64,000 nucleotides of DNA from Anaerolineaceae bacterium UBA4890 (GTDB lineage Bacteria > Chloroflexota > Anaerolineae > Anaerolineales > Anaerolineaceae), in contig DHCY01000006.1 of assembly GCA_002399085.1 (NCBI GenBank), forward strand, positions 243 to 64,242. Direction: 5' to 3'. Shown here piece after piece: positions 26,946 to 35,285 of this stretch. Numbering within the stretch: the stretch's first letter is position 1; each line of letters starts with the position of its first letter. Made by a program: the position numbers and the translations under genes. The notes beneath the pieces are model-generated. The model had not been told where the DNA came from. It saw only the letters and a program-made list of their open reading frames with translations, and did not search any database.

Positions 26946-27812
26946 ATGACTAACGAAAACGATGGAACAAAAGACGATAAAAGGACAAATGACATTCTGC
27001 TTGGGCCCTTGGAACGACCAGCCTTGCAGTTTTTTGCCCGAAATATGCCTGCCTGGGTCAACTCTGATATGCTGACTGTACTCGGTCTGCTTGGTTCAAT
27101 TCTGGCAGGTTTTTCCTATGCGATGATTGGCAGAGGCGACGTCAAGGGCAACCCCTGGCTTTGGGTGGTCAGCCTGGGATTTGTGATCAACTGGTTTGGT
27201 GACAGCCTGGATGGCACATTGGCACGCTACCGCCACCACGAACGCCCTAATTACGGTTATTACACCGATCATGCCATCGATGGCATCACCTCCCTGATCA
27301 TCTTTGCCGGCATCGGTCTTTCTGGCATCGCCCGCTTTGATATTGCCATGCTGGCGCTGGCTTGCTGGCTGCTGCTGATGATCCAGGTTTACCTGAAAAC
27401 CCATGTAACCGGTACTTTCGAAATGACCAGCATTGGGGTGGGTCCAACTGAAGTACGCTTGTTTGTGATCATTCTCAACACGGTTTTGTATTTCACTGGG
27501 ATCGGTGGCTACATCTGGACTATTGATATCCAGGGTGAGCCCTATGGCTTGACCATCGGCAGCATTATCGTCTTTATTGTGGCAATCGCGTTTTTGATTT
27601 ATTACCTCTACCAGGTAATTCGTACAGCGACAATACTTGCTGCGCAAGACGAAGCGCGCCTCGAAAAAAGGAAGGCTAAGGAAGCGCGCAAAGTTGAGAA
27701 GGCTGAAAAGAAAGCCCACAAAGCTGAGAAGAAAGCCCAAAAGGAATTGGAAGCACAAGCGAACGCTGTTTCAACAACGGTTGAAGAAGACGTCAAGACT
27801 CTGAGCATTTAG
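26946..27812 (+). CDS. CDP-alcohol phosphatidyltransferase family protein with a Lys-rich C-terminal tail
   Basis: 288 aa. The full motif D-x2-DG-x2-AR...G-x3-D-x3-D is present (GDSLDGTLAR...GYYTDHAIDG). The tail reads KRKAKEARKVEKAEKKAHKAEKKAQKELEA. Confidence 0.85.
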   Translation: MTNENDGTKDDKRTNDILLGPLERPALQFFARNMPAWVNSDMLTVLGLLGSILAGFSYAMIGRGDVKGNPWLWVVSLGFVINWFGDSLDGTLARYRHHERPNYGYYTDHAIDGITSLIIFAGIGLSGIARFDIAMLALACWLLLMIQVYLKTHVTGTFEMTSIGVGPTEVRLFVIILNTVLYFTGIGGYIWTIDIQGEPYGLTIGSIIVFIVAIAFLIYYLYQVIRTATILAAQDEARLEKRKAKEARKVEKAEKKAHKAEKKAQKELEAQANAVSTTVEEDVKTLSI

Positions 27813-27835
27813 GCTTATGTGTTTAGTAAAGCATT

Positions 27836-27867
27836 CCGGGCTCAGAAATGAGCCCGGTTTTTTTTTA
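27836..27867 (+). terminator. strong intrinsic terminator
   Basis: CCGGGCTCA, loop GAAA, TGAGCCCGG, followed by T9. Confidence 0.85.
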
Positions 27868-27889
27868 CTATCATTTCCTGAACGAGGCG

Positions 27890-28012
27890 TTCTTTCATTC
27901 TGATCGAAACGAAGAATCTTGAAGCAATACTGATAAGATCCTTCGCACTCGAAGAGTCCTGCGGAAAGAAGCTCAGGATGACACGACGACAGGACGACAG
28001 GATGACAGGCTA
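27890..28012. repeat. copy of the GTCATYCTGA...GAAGRATCTT palindromic repeat family with short GACAGGA-type tandem units
   Basis: TCATTCTGATCGAAACGAAGAATCTT faces AAGATCCTTCGCACTCGAAG...GCTCAGGATGAC, followed by ACGACGACAGGACGACAGGATGACAGG. Confidence 0.65.
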
Positions 28013-28021
28013 TAGGTGGTG

Positions 28022-29377
28022 CTAATCCAATGAGGTCACCACAAAATCGTCAATGCTGACAACCACGTTCGGGTCATCAAAAGTACCGACGATAAAACCT
28101 ACATCGCCAGATGTGAACGAGTTTTCCGGGTCAATTCCCTGGGCAACCAATTCGTTATCAACCCACAGGCTCAGGGTGTTTCCTTCGCAGCTGGCTTCCA
28201 CCCAGTTGAAGTCGGGGTCGATTGAATCGGTCGTGTCGTAGCCATCGACAAAGAACGTCCATTCACCGTTGAGACGTTTCCCGATGCGCACATAGCCGTC
28301 GTTGCCGAAGGAAATCCGGTAGAAATTATCTTCATCCTGGTAACGGCAAACAAAGCCCTGGATATTTTCGACCTGTTCGCTGTCATTACTGAAATAGGCT
28401 TCCATCTTTACGTTGGCGGCGTCAACCTTCCTGGTCACATCCCAGCTCTCCCAGTTTGCCTGTTTCATCTCATAAGTCAGCCAGCCAGAGAGGATATCCA
28501 GATCGGATTGCTTATAGGTTCCGAGTTTCCAGGTGCCAGGATCTGTCTCGAAATCGTCTGAGAAAAGCACTTTTGCCTCCAATCCCTGTGGGACTGGAGT
28601 CATGCTGGCATCATATACAGCGAAATTATCATAAGCGATGGTGATGTCGCCCTCATCCCAACTGCGGGTAAACAAACCCACCTGACCGGAAGGCAGAGAA
28701 CTGTCTTCCACCTCAGCCAGGAGTTGACCGTTGGACCACAAAGCAAGCCGGCTGCCATCGCATTCTGCGCGGATCAGGTTCCAATCGGGGTCGATTACGT
28801 CACTGCTGGCGTAATCTGAAGCCAGATTCTCATATTCGTTGTTGACATATTTGTCGATGGAATACCAGCCATCGCTGCCAATGTGAAGGAAATAGAAATT
28901 ATCCTGGTCAACATAACGGCAAACGAAACCCTGACCGTTTTCCTGGCTGCCACTATACAGGCGTGCTTCAACCTCCATGATCACATCGGAGGTGCCCAGG
29001 TCAAAAGTTTTGCTCCAGATCATGTAGCTGTCCTGGATGACATTCATGCGGTACTCACCATCTGCGATAATATCTTCGCCCGCATTTTCTGCCCAAACAC
29101 CGGTATTCCAGGTGCCATCATCGCTTGAAAAACTCTCCATCCATAAAACCTGGTTCGTGTTCAGGATATCTGAGTCTGATGGGGGGGTGGTGGGTTGGGG
29201 GTCTTCGCTGACGGGTTCGGGATCTTCGCTAGGGGGTTCGGGGTCAATTTCACTGGGTGCGACCACGCGCGAGGTGGCAGTCGGGTCGGGTGAGTCTTCT
29301 ACTTTCACCAATCTGGGCATAGAGCAAGCAGTGACAATCAGCATCATCACCAGAAAAATAACAACCATCTTCTTCAT
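28022..29377 (-). CDS. secreted lipoprotein with two tandem concanavalin-A/LamG-like beta-sandwich domains (unknown function)
   Basis: Signal peptide with lipobox MKKMVVIFLVMMLIVTAC (ATG at 29377 after GGAGGA). A Pro/Glu-rich linker follows. There is a clear internal duplication: ENGQGFVCRYVDQDNFYFLHIGSDGWY...LALWSNGQLLAEV versus ENIQGFVCRYQDEDNFYRISFGNDGYV...LSLWVDNELVAQG. Confidence 0.6.
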   Translation of the reverse strand: MKKMVVIFLVMMLIVTACSMPRLVKVEDSPDPTATSRVVAPSEIDPEPPSEDPEPVSEDPQPTTPPSDSDILNTNQVLWMESFSSDDGTWNTGVWAENAGEDIIADGEYRMNVIQDSYMIWSKTFDLGTSDVIMEVEARLYSGSQENGQGFVCRYVDQDNFYFLHIGSDGWYSIDKYVNNEYENLASDYASSDVIDPDWNLIRAECDGSRLALWSNGQLLAEVEDSSLPSGQVGLFTRSWDEGDITIAYDNFAVYDASMTPVPQGLEAKVLFSDDFETDPGTWKLGTYKQSDLDILSGWLTYEMKQANWESWDVTRKVDAANVKMEAYFSNDSEQVENIQGFVCRYQDEDNFYRISFGNDGYVRIGKRLNGEWTFFVDGYDTTDSIDPDFNWVEASCEGNTLSLWVDNELVAQGIDPENSFTSGDVGFIVGTFDDPNVVVSIDDFVVTSLD

Positions 29378-29555
29378 TATTCCTCCATTAAGAGTCAGAT
29401 AAACAGATTTAATGCTCCAAGACATTCATTGGGAGTATGAAAAGTTTACCATTATCGCAACCTGTTTTATTTAAATTTGTATTATTCGCGAACGCAATGA
29501 GCCCAGGAGCAATAAGATATAATCAACTGTCTCAGTAAAAGTTCAGGAGCGCAAA

Positions 29556-30626
29556 ATGCAATTAGGAATCATTGGTCTACCTCAATCCGGCAAAACAACC
29601 GTCTACAATGCGCTGACTGGTGCGGCAATTGCTGCCGAAATGTCAGCTGGGCACCTGGAAGTGCACACCGCGGTGGTGGACGTGCCTGACCCGCGCGTGG
29701 ATAAACTTTGCGAGATCTACAAACCCAAGAAGATCGTGCGCGCAAAAGTGACCTACGCTGATATTGCCGGGCTGGATGGCACCGCCGGACGTGGAGGCTT
29801 GCCGGGCGTAATGGTCAACCAGTTAGCCCAGATGGACGGATTCTTACATGTTGTCCGCCAGTTTGAGAATGCCAGCGTGCCTCACCTTGCCGAGAAAATT
29901 GACCCTCTCCGTGATATTCAGACCATGGACACAGATTTTATCCTGAACGATTTGGTGATGATCGAGCGCCGCCTGGAAAAATTGCGCGAAGAGCACCGCA
30001 GGGGGGTCTCCCGCCCAAGGGATGTGATCCGGACAGAAATTGATCTGTTCGAAAAACTCGAAGCCATGCTGAATGCCGAGAAGCCGCTGCGCCACTATAC
30101 CTTCACACCCGAAGAAGATAAAGTGGTTGCCAGTTTCGGTTTTCTGAGCCGAAAACCGCAGATCATCGTATTCAACCAGTCTGAAGACCAACAAGCGATT
30201 GAATATACCAGCCCCCACCCGCACACTACCGTGGTCAGTTTGCCCGCAAAACTGGAGATGGACATCATGGCGCTGGAGCCCGATGATGCCGCCATGTTTA
30301 TGGAAGAGTATGGTGTCAGTGAACTGGGCATGTCACGATTGATCAAGGTTTCATATGATCTGCTGAACGTGCATAGTTTTTTCACCGCTGGTGAGAAGGA
30401 AGTACATGCCTGGACGCTGCGAAAGGGCAGCAACGCCCGCGAAGCCGCCGGCACAATTCACTCGGATATGGAAAAAGGTTTCATCCGGGCTGAGGTGATC
30501 TCGTTCGACGACCTGGTCACCTACGGCAGCACCGCCGAAGCCCGCAACCACGGTCGCCTGCGGGTTGAGGGCAAGAATTACATCATTGAAGACGGCGATA
30601 TTATTGAAATTCGGTTTAACATTTAG
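29556..30626 (+). CDS. ychF: redox-regulated/ribosome-binding ATPase YchF
   Basis: 356 aa: GIIGLPQSGKTT, and the C-terminal AWTLRKGSNAREAAGTIHSDMEKGFIRAEV. Confidence 0.92.
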   Translation: MQLGIIGLPQSGKTTVYNALTGAAIAAEMSAGHLEVHTAVVDVPDPRVDKLCEIYKPKKIVRAKVTYADIAGLDGTAGRGGLPGVMVNQLAQMDGFLHVVRQFENASVPHLAEKIDPLRDIQTMDTDFILNDLVMIERRLEKLREEHRRGVSRPRDVIRTEIDLFEKLEAMLNAEKPLRHYTFTPEEDKVVASFGFLSRKPQIIVFNQSEDQQAIEYTSPHPHTTVVSLPAKLEMDIMALEPDDAAMFMEEYGVSELGMSRLIKVSYDLLNVHSFFTAGEKEVHAWTLRKGSNAREAAGTIHSDMEKGFIRAEVISFDDLVTYGSTAEARNHGRLRVEGKNYIIEDGDIIEIRFNI

Positions 30627-30719
30627 TTCGAAGGGAAGGGGCTAGACCCCTCCCGACGTTGGCGAAGGTCTCCTGACCGAGCCAGGTGCCTAATGCCCGA
30701 TGGATCTTCCCTGCGTTCC

Positions 30720-31532
30720 CTATTCCTCCAACAACCGACGGAAATCGGCTAAATCAACCCGCGAGGTGAGGTCGAGGCTGATGGGCGTGACGGAGACCAG
30801 GTTGTCCAGCAAGACCGCTTTCAGATCGCTGTCGCTTTCGACGGTTTCTTCATTAACCCGACCCTCATAGCCTATTCTCTCGAGCCCAGTTTCATGGTCG
30901 ATCTCTGAAACAACTTCGAAATACCGCTGGCGCGACTGGCGGGTAACCACCCAGGGGGTCTCAGGGGTGGCGATTGCGGGCACATCCACCTTGAGCACGT
31001 CGACATCGAAGGGCATCTCGAGCCGTAAAAGTTTCTCAGCAAAAAAGCGGGTGAACCAGGCTGCAGTACTGAAGTCGACTTTATCGGATAGGTTGAAATG
31101 TTCGCTAACCGGGGTTTGCAGCGAAATCGCCAGGGAAGGATAGCCGAAGGAAGCCGCTTCAAGGGCTGCCCCGACCGTTCCGCTGATGGTAACGCCTGAG
31201 GCGACGTTTTCGCCATAATTGATACCAGCCACCACCAGGTCGGGCTTTATATCTGCCATCACGTTGAGCAAACCGTACAAAACTGACTGCGCGGGGGAAC
31301 CGCCAAAACCGTGTACCTGCCAGGTCTGACCGTTGACCACCAATTCCTGGGTTTCTCTGATGCCGTCCGAATCGCGCGGCAACGCCCGCCCCATTGAAGT
31401 CTGCTGCACGCGCGGTGCGACTACGTGTACATAACCGAGAGTTGAAAGTGCTTCCGCCGCAGCCCATAGACCGGGTGAGTTGATGCTGTCGTCATTGGAA
31501 AGTAATATTTGAGGTCGTTTAATTTCTGTCAT
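30720..31532 (-). CDS. surE: 5'/3'-nucleotidase SurE
   Basis: 270 aa: ILLSNDDSINSPGL and GINYGENV. Confidence 0.92.
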   Translation of the reverse strand: MTEIKRPQILLSNDDSINSPGLWAAAEALSTLGYVHVVAPRVQQTSMGRALPRDSDGIRETQELVVNGQTWQVHGFGGSPAQSVLYGLLNVMADIKPDLVVAGINYGENVASGVTISGTVGAALEAASFGYPSLAISLQTPVSEHFNLSDKVDFSTAAWFTRFFAEKLLRLEMPFDVDVLKVDVPAIATPETPWVVTRQSRQRYFEVVSEIDHETGLERIGYEGRVNEETVESDSDLKAVLLDNLVSVTPISLDLTSRVDLADFRRLLEE

Positions 31533-31618
31533 ATTCTGATTTTACCCGAGAAAACAGGGTAAATTCCACCTTGAAACAAGAAGGGCTCAGTCTATAATGA
31601 AGCAAACTGAATTCCTAT

Positions 31619-31659
31619 CAAGCCTTGCTTGAATTGATTGTATTCAAGCCCTGCTTGAG
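31619..31659. promoter_or_regulatory. twin 15-bp palindromes (TCAAGC-N3-GCTTGA) upstream of sbcD; candidate operator or RNA hairpin
   Basis: TCAAGCCTTGCTTGA at 31619-31633 and TCAAGCCCTGCTTGA at 31645-31659. Centres are 26 bp apart, and the second ends 26 nt before the sbcD ATG. Confidence 0.4.
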
Positions 31660-31684
31660 CGCCTGCCTCCATTATAATTAAGCC

Positions 31685-32920
31685 ATGATCAAACTCCTGC
31701 ACTTTGCTGATGCCCATATCGATATGACCAATTTTGGTTCTCACGACCCTGAAACCGGACTGCCTGAGCGTGTGATGGACTTTTTGCGCAGTCTGGATGT
31801 GATTGTTCAAACCGCCATCGACGAAAAGGTAGACCTTGTGATATTTGCCGGCGATGCCTACAAAGACCGCTCGCCTGCCCCCACCTTTCAGCGTGAGTGG
31901 GGGCGCCGCCTGATGCTCCTTTCGAAAGCCGGTATCCCAACCATATTGCTCACGGGCAATCACGATATTTCGCCTTCGCAGCGCAAAGCCCACGCGATGC
32001 AGGAGTTCGACACACTTTCGCCTGAGCATATCAGCGTGGTCAGCAACCTGCGACTGCTCACTCCGGACGACCTGGAAGGGTTGCCCGTTCAGGTTCTCGC
32101 AATACCCTGGATCACGCGTGCTGGCGTGATGCAAGCGATCACCACAGGTGAGTCGGAGGAGGAAGACCCTCTGCGTGTCATTGAAAATGGCGTTTCAGAT
32201 TTCATCAGCCTGGCACTCCAAGAGACCGATCCTGATCTGCCGGTCATTCTGGTCGCGCATGCTTCTGTGGCAGGAGCAAAACTTGGCAATGAGCAGGAGA
32301 TCAAAATCGGTCGGGATGTGGTTTTGCCACTGGGGTTGGTTTGTAATCCGCGCTTCGATTATGTTGCGCTCGGGCACATCCACCGCTACCAGGATTTAAA
32401 TTTAGGCAACCACCCGCCGGTGGTTTACCCGGGTTCGATTGAGCGTGTCGATTTTGGAGAAGTAAACGAGGAAAAAGGCTTCGTGATTGCCAATATCGAG
32501 AAGGGGCATACCACTTATGAGTGGTGGAAGTTGCCTATCCGCAAATTTATCGATCGCAGTTTCACCCTGGTGGACGAACTGGATGTCAATGAGAAATTGA
32601 TCGCTGCTATGCCGAGCCAGGAAGAGCTGAAGGATGCGATTGTACGGTTAAAGATCACTTACCCACAGGGATACGAAGTGCTGATTGATGAAGCACGATT
32701 GCATACGTATGCCAAAGACGCTTTTGAATTCAAGCTGCACAAAAATTCTGTTTCTGAAGCGCGCAGCCGCCTGCCAGATGGACAGGAAACCAGTTCACTG
32801 AGCCCCCTGGAATTGCTGGATTGGTTTTGGAAAGAGCGGCACGAAGGGGAGGATGAGCGTGACCGCCTGCAAAACCTCGCCCAGGACTTGATTAACCAGG
32901 TGATGAGCGGGGAGGAATAG
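31685..32920 (+). CDS. sbcD: DNA repair exonuclease SbcD / Mre11-family nuclease
   Basis: 411 aa with calcineurin-like phosphoesterase motifs: LLHFADAHID, GDAYKD, GNHD, and GH in LGHIH. Confidence 0.85.
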   Translation: MIKLLHFADAHIDMTNFGSHDPETGLPERVMDFLRSLDVIVQTAIDEKVDLVIFAGDAYKDRSPAPTFQREWGRRLMLLSKAGIPTILLTGNHDISPSQRKAHAMQEFDTLSPEHISVVSNLRLLTPDDLEGLPVQVLAIPWITRAGVMQAITTGESEEEDPLRVIENGVSDFISLALQETDPDLPVILVAHASVAGAKLGNEQEIKIGRDVVLPLGLVCNPRFDYVALGHIHRYQDLNLGNHPPVVYPGSIERVDFGEVNEEKGFVIANIEKGHTTYEWWKLPIRKFIDRSFTLVDELDVNEKLIAAMPSQEELKDAIVRLKITYPQGYEVLIDEARLHTYAKDAFEFKLHKNSVSEARSRLPDGQETSSLSPLELLDWFWKERHEGEDERDRLQNLAQDLINQVMSGEE

Positions 32921-33002
32921 CCCAGTGATTATGCCAATCGATGAAGGGGAAGGTTGCCCTCGGCACGGTCGTGAGTACGGCACGAATGGGATTTGAAATA
33001 AC

Positions 33003-33647
33003 ATGACAATCACAGATGAAGAGGCAAGATCCTGGTACCAGGAAGCGGATGAGGTTCACAGCTTTGAGCACGTTTTGCGCGTTAGGGCGATGGCTGTGCG
33101 TATTGGCAAGGCAGAGGGTGCCGATCTGGAAGTTATCGAAGCAGCTGCCTACTTGCATGATTCCAGAGGTGCCAGCCCGGAAGCACACGGTAGCGCCCGA
33201 AAAGAACACCACATCACTTCAGCAGAATTTGCCGGTGAGGTGCTGGCGAAAAAAGGCTGGTCGCCGGAGCGCATAGAAGCCGTTCAGCATTGCATCCGAG
33301 CTCACCGCTTCCGCCATACCGGCGAACGCCCCGAAACGCTGGAAGCCATGTGCCTGTTCGACGCCGATAAACTCGACGTACTGGGAGCGGTCGGTGCTGC
33401 CCGAACCATCGCCTACGCGGTATTAGCCGGGCAACCGGTTTTGAGCGAGCCTTCTCAACAATTCCTGGAGACGGGCAAAAAAGAGCCGGGGGAACCCCAC
33501 AGCTCTTACCATGAATACCTGTTCAAGTTACGAAAAGTGAAAGACCAGCTTTTTACCAATACCGGAAAAGCGATCGCCGAAGATCGTGATGCCTTTTTGG
33601 CTGAGTATTACGATCGTCTGATTGCGGAATATCGCGGCGAACGCTAA
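33003..33647 (+). CDS. HD-domain phosphohydrolase
   Basis: 214 aa: H..HVLRV, AAYLHD, DADKLD. Confidence 0.75.
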   Translation: MTITDEEARSWYQEADEVHSFEHVLRVRAMAVRIGKAEGADLEVIEAAAYLHDSRGASPEAHGSARKEHHITSAEFAGEVLAKKGWSPERIEAVQHCIRAHRFRHTGERPETLEAMCLFDADKLDVLGAVGAARTIAYAVLAGQPVLSEPSQQFLETGKKEPGEPHSSYHEYLFKLRKVKDQLFTNTGKAIAEDRDAFLAEYYDRLIAEYRGER

Positions 33648-33662
33648 ATTTTATTTGATTTG

Positions 33663-33914
33663 TCAGAAGGTTCGCATAACGCAGATCGACAGAATACCAT
33701 CCTGGTATTCAACTTCCGCATCATCGATCATCAGCCCCAACAAACTCAGTTCGTTGTCTTCGTGCCCTGAAAGAAGCAAGTCGTCGTAGTAGTATTCCAT
33801 TTCGGCGGTCTTCGGTCGGCTCAGACAATCAGTTATATCAGCAAACTCTTTTTGGTTTAGTTCCAACCGTCCTGATACCTGGATGGAACAATGGTCATCA
33901 GAGGGTTTGATCAC
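33663..33914 (-). CDS. hypothetical small acidic protein (weak call)
   Basis: 83-aa ORF with a GTG start, no clear RBS and no recognisable motif. It is the only ORF in an otherwise empty 350-bp gap. Confidence 0.25.
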   Translation of the reverse strand: MIKPSDDHCSIQVSGRLELNQKEFADITDCLSRPKTAEMEYYYDDLLLSGHEDNELSLLGLMIDDAEVEYQDGILSICVMRTF

Positions 33915-34005
33915 GATTGTTGTCTCGGAGCAGCCTTTCAGTAGAAATAGTTGACTGAGTGCCCTGACAATGTTACTTGTCTTCTGAAATTCGCGTCTGT
34001 TGATG

Positions 34006-35271
34006 TTATTTTCTCCTTTCGATCACGTTTCTGCCGGCTTCGATCAACGGCACCATGACTGCGGCAACAAAACCACCCGAAAAACCGCTGTTATACAAGT
34101 TCAGACCGCCGTGCAGCGGCAAGACATGCCCCACCAGAGCAATGTGCAAGTAGCCGGCAATTATTCCGGCAAGCAGACCAAATCTGCCAGCAATCGGTGC
34201 CAGGGTTGTGCCGAAAAGAATGGGTACGATCGCTTCTGTTGTTCCCCACTCCTCGTGGAAATAGCTGGCAATGGTTGCCCCCACGATTACAGGCAGGCTG
34301 TTACGAGGGTGTTTACCCATGGCTCCAAACGCTGCGAGTGTTAACAATGCGCCGACGATTGGTCCGTTCACTGGACCGCGCAAAATGATCACGAAAGCCA
34401 GGGCAAGAAAGCCCATTACCCCCATATTGATCAATGATAATCCGCTGCCATACAAGACTACGAAATCAGAGATCAAACGCCCGCTGTTGCCAAGCAGTTT
34501 GGGGTAATCGCGCAGGCTGCCCTTGTTGAGCAACAGCCCGAACACAATTAAGCTGACGAAAATGGCAGAAACCAGCCAGATCAGCTGCAAACGGTGCTCG
34601 GTGTCAATAATGCCGACCGGTTCGACCTCAATTCCGTACATGCGCAAAACTGCCACCGCAATCAGCCCAATGATCCCGGCAGTGAAGCCAATGTTGTAAA
34701 TATTGTAGCCATGGTGAAATCTGAGGAAGGAGCTGGAAAGCGGAGGAATCACAATGCCTATCAGCAGACCAACCAGGAATGCCAGTGGCAGGCTCATCAC
34801 AAGCTGCAGCCCGACCCCGTATGCGATAAAACTGATTATCGGTCCAATGGCAGTTCCCATAAATGCCTGCAAAAGCAGTGTTCTCATGGGGATCTTTTCG
34901 ATTCGCGAATAGAGGAACACACCTGTCACAATTGGCACAGTGGTGAAAAGGTTGGTAGTAAAAAAAGCGAAGCCGGCGGTGGTTAACAATGCCGCGAGGG
35001 CGGGACCAGTGATGGTCGCTCTGGAAAGATGAATAATGCTCAAATCAAAAAGTAAAATCAGGGCGACATTAACAAAGGTGGCTCCCATGCCTCCAACTGC
35101 CATAAAATCATAGAAGAGGTTGCGAGGGTCGGTGTTGATGCGTACCAGCCCATCCGACAGTTCGCCAGGGGTCGAAATGAACAACGCAATTGCGACCAGC
35201 ACCAGAGCCAAGCCCAGAAAGAAGCGCATCATCAGCTTGTGGTTTCTTTGGAGGTCCAGGTCAGCAGTCAA
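34006..35271 (-). CDS. polytopic membrane protein with an internal duplication (DUF1576-like)
   Basis: 421 aa, about 11 TM. Repeated motif HHGYNIYNIGFTAGIIG / HGGLNLYNSGFSGGFVA. The TTG start is preceded by GGAG and lies 15 nt after the hydrogenase large-subunit stop. Confidence 0.6.
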   Translation of the reverse strand: MTADLDLQRNHKLMMRFFLGLALVLVAIALFISTPGELSDGLVRINTDPRNLFYDFMAVGGMGATFVNVALILLFDLSIIHLSRATITGPALAALLTTAGFAFFTTNLFTTVPIVTGVFLYSRIEKIPMRTLLLQAFMGTAIGPIISFIAYGVGLQLVMSLPLAFLVGLLIGIVIPPLSSSFLRFHHGYNIYNIGFTAGIIGLIAVAVLRMYGIEVEPVGIIDTEHRLQLIWLVSAIFVSLIVFGLLLNKGSLRDYPKLLGNSGRLISDFVVLYGSGLSLINMGVMGFLALAFVIILRGPVNGPIVGALLTLAAFGAMGKHPRNSLPVIVGATIASYFHEEWGTTEAIVPILFGTTLAPIAGRFGLLAGIIAGYLHIALVGHVLPLHGGLNLYNSGFSGGFVAAVMVPLIEAGRNVIERRK

Positions 35272-35285
35272 TCAAACGCTCCGTT

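Noticed and set aside
33003-33647. SbcD plus HD-domain protein as a two-gene defence-like nuclease system
   Set aside because: There is no ATPase, helicase, methylase or other defence hallmark. The genes are 82 nt apart with ordinary housekeeping neighbours, so the evidence is insufficient beyond adjacency.
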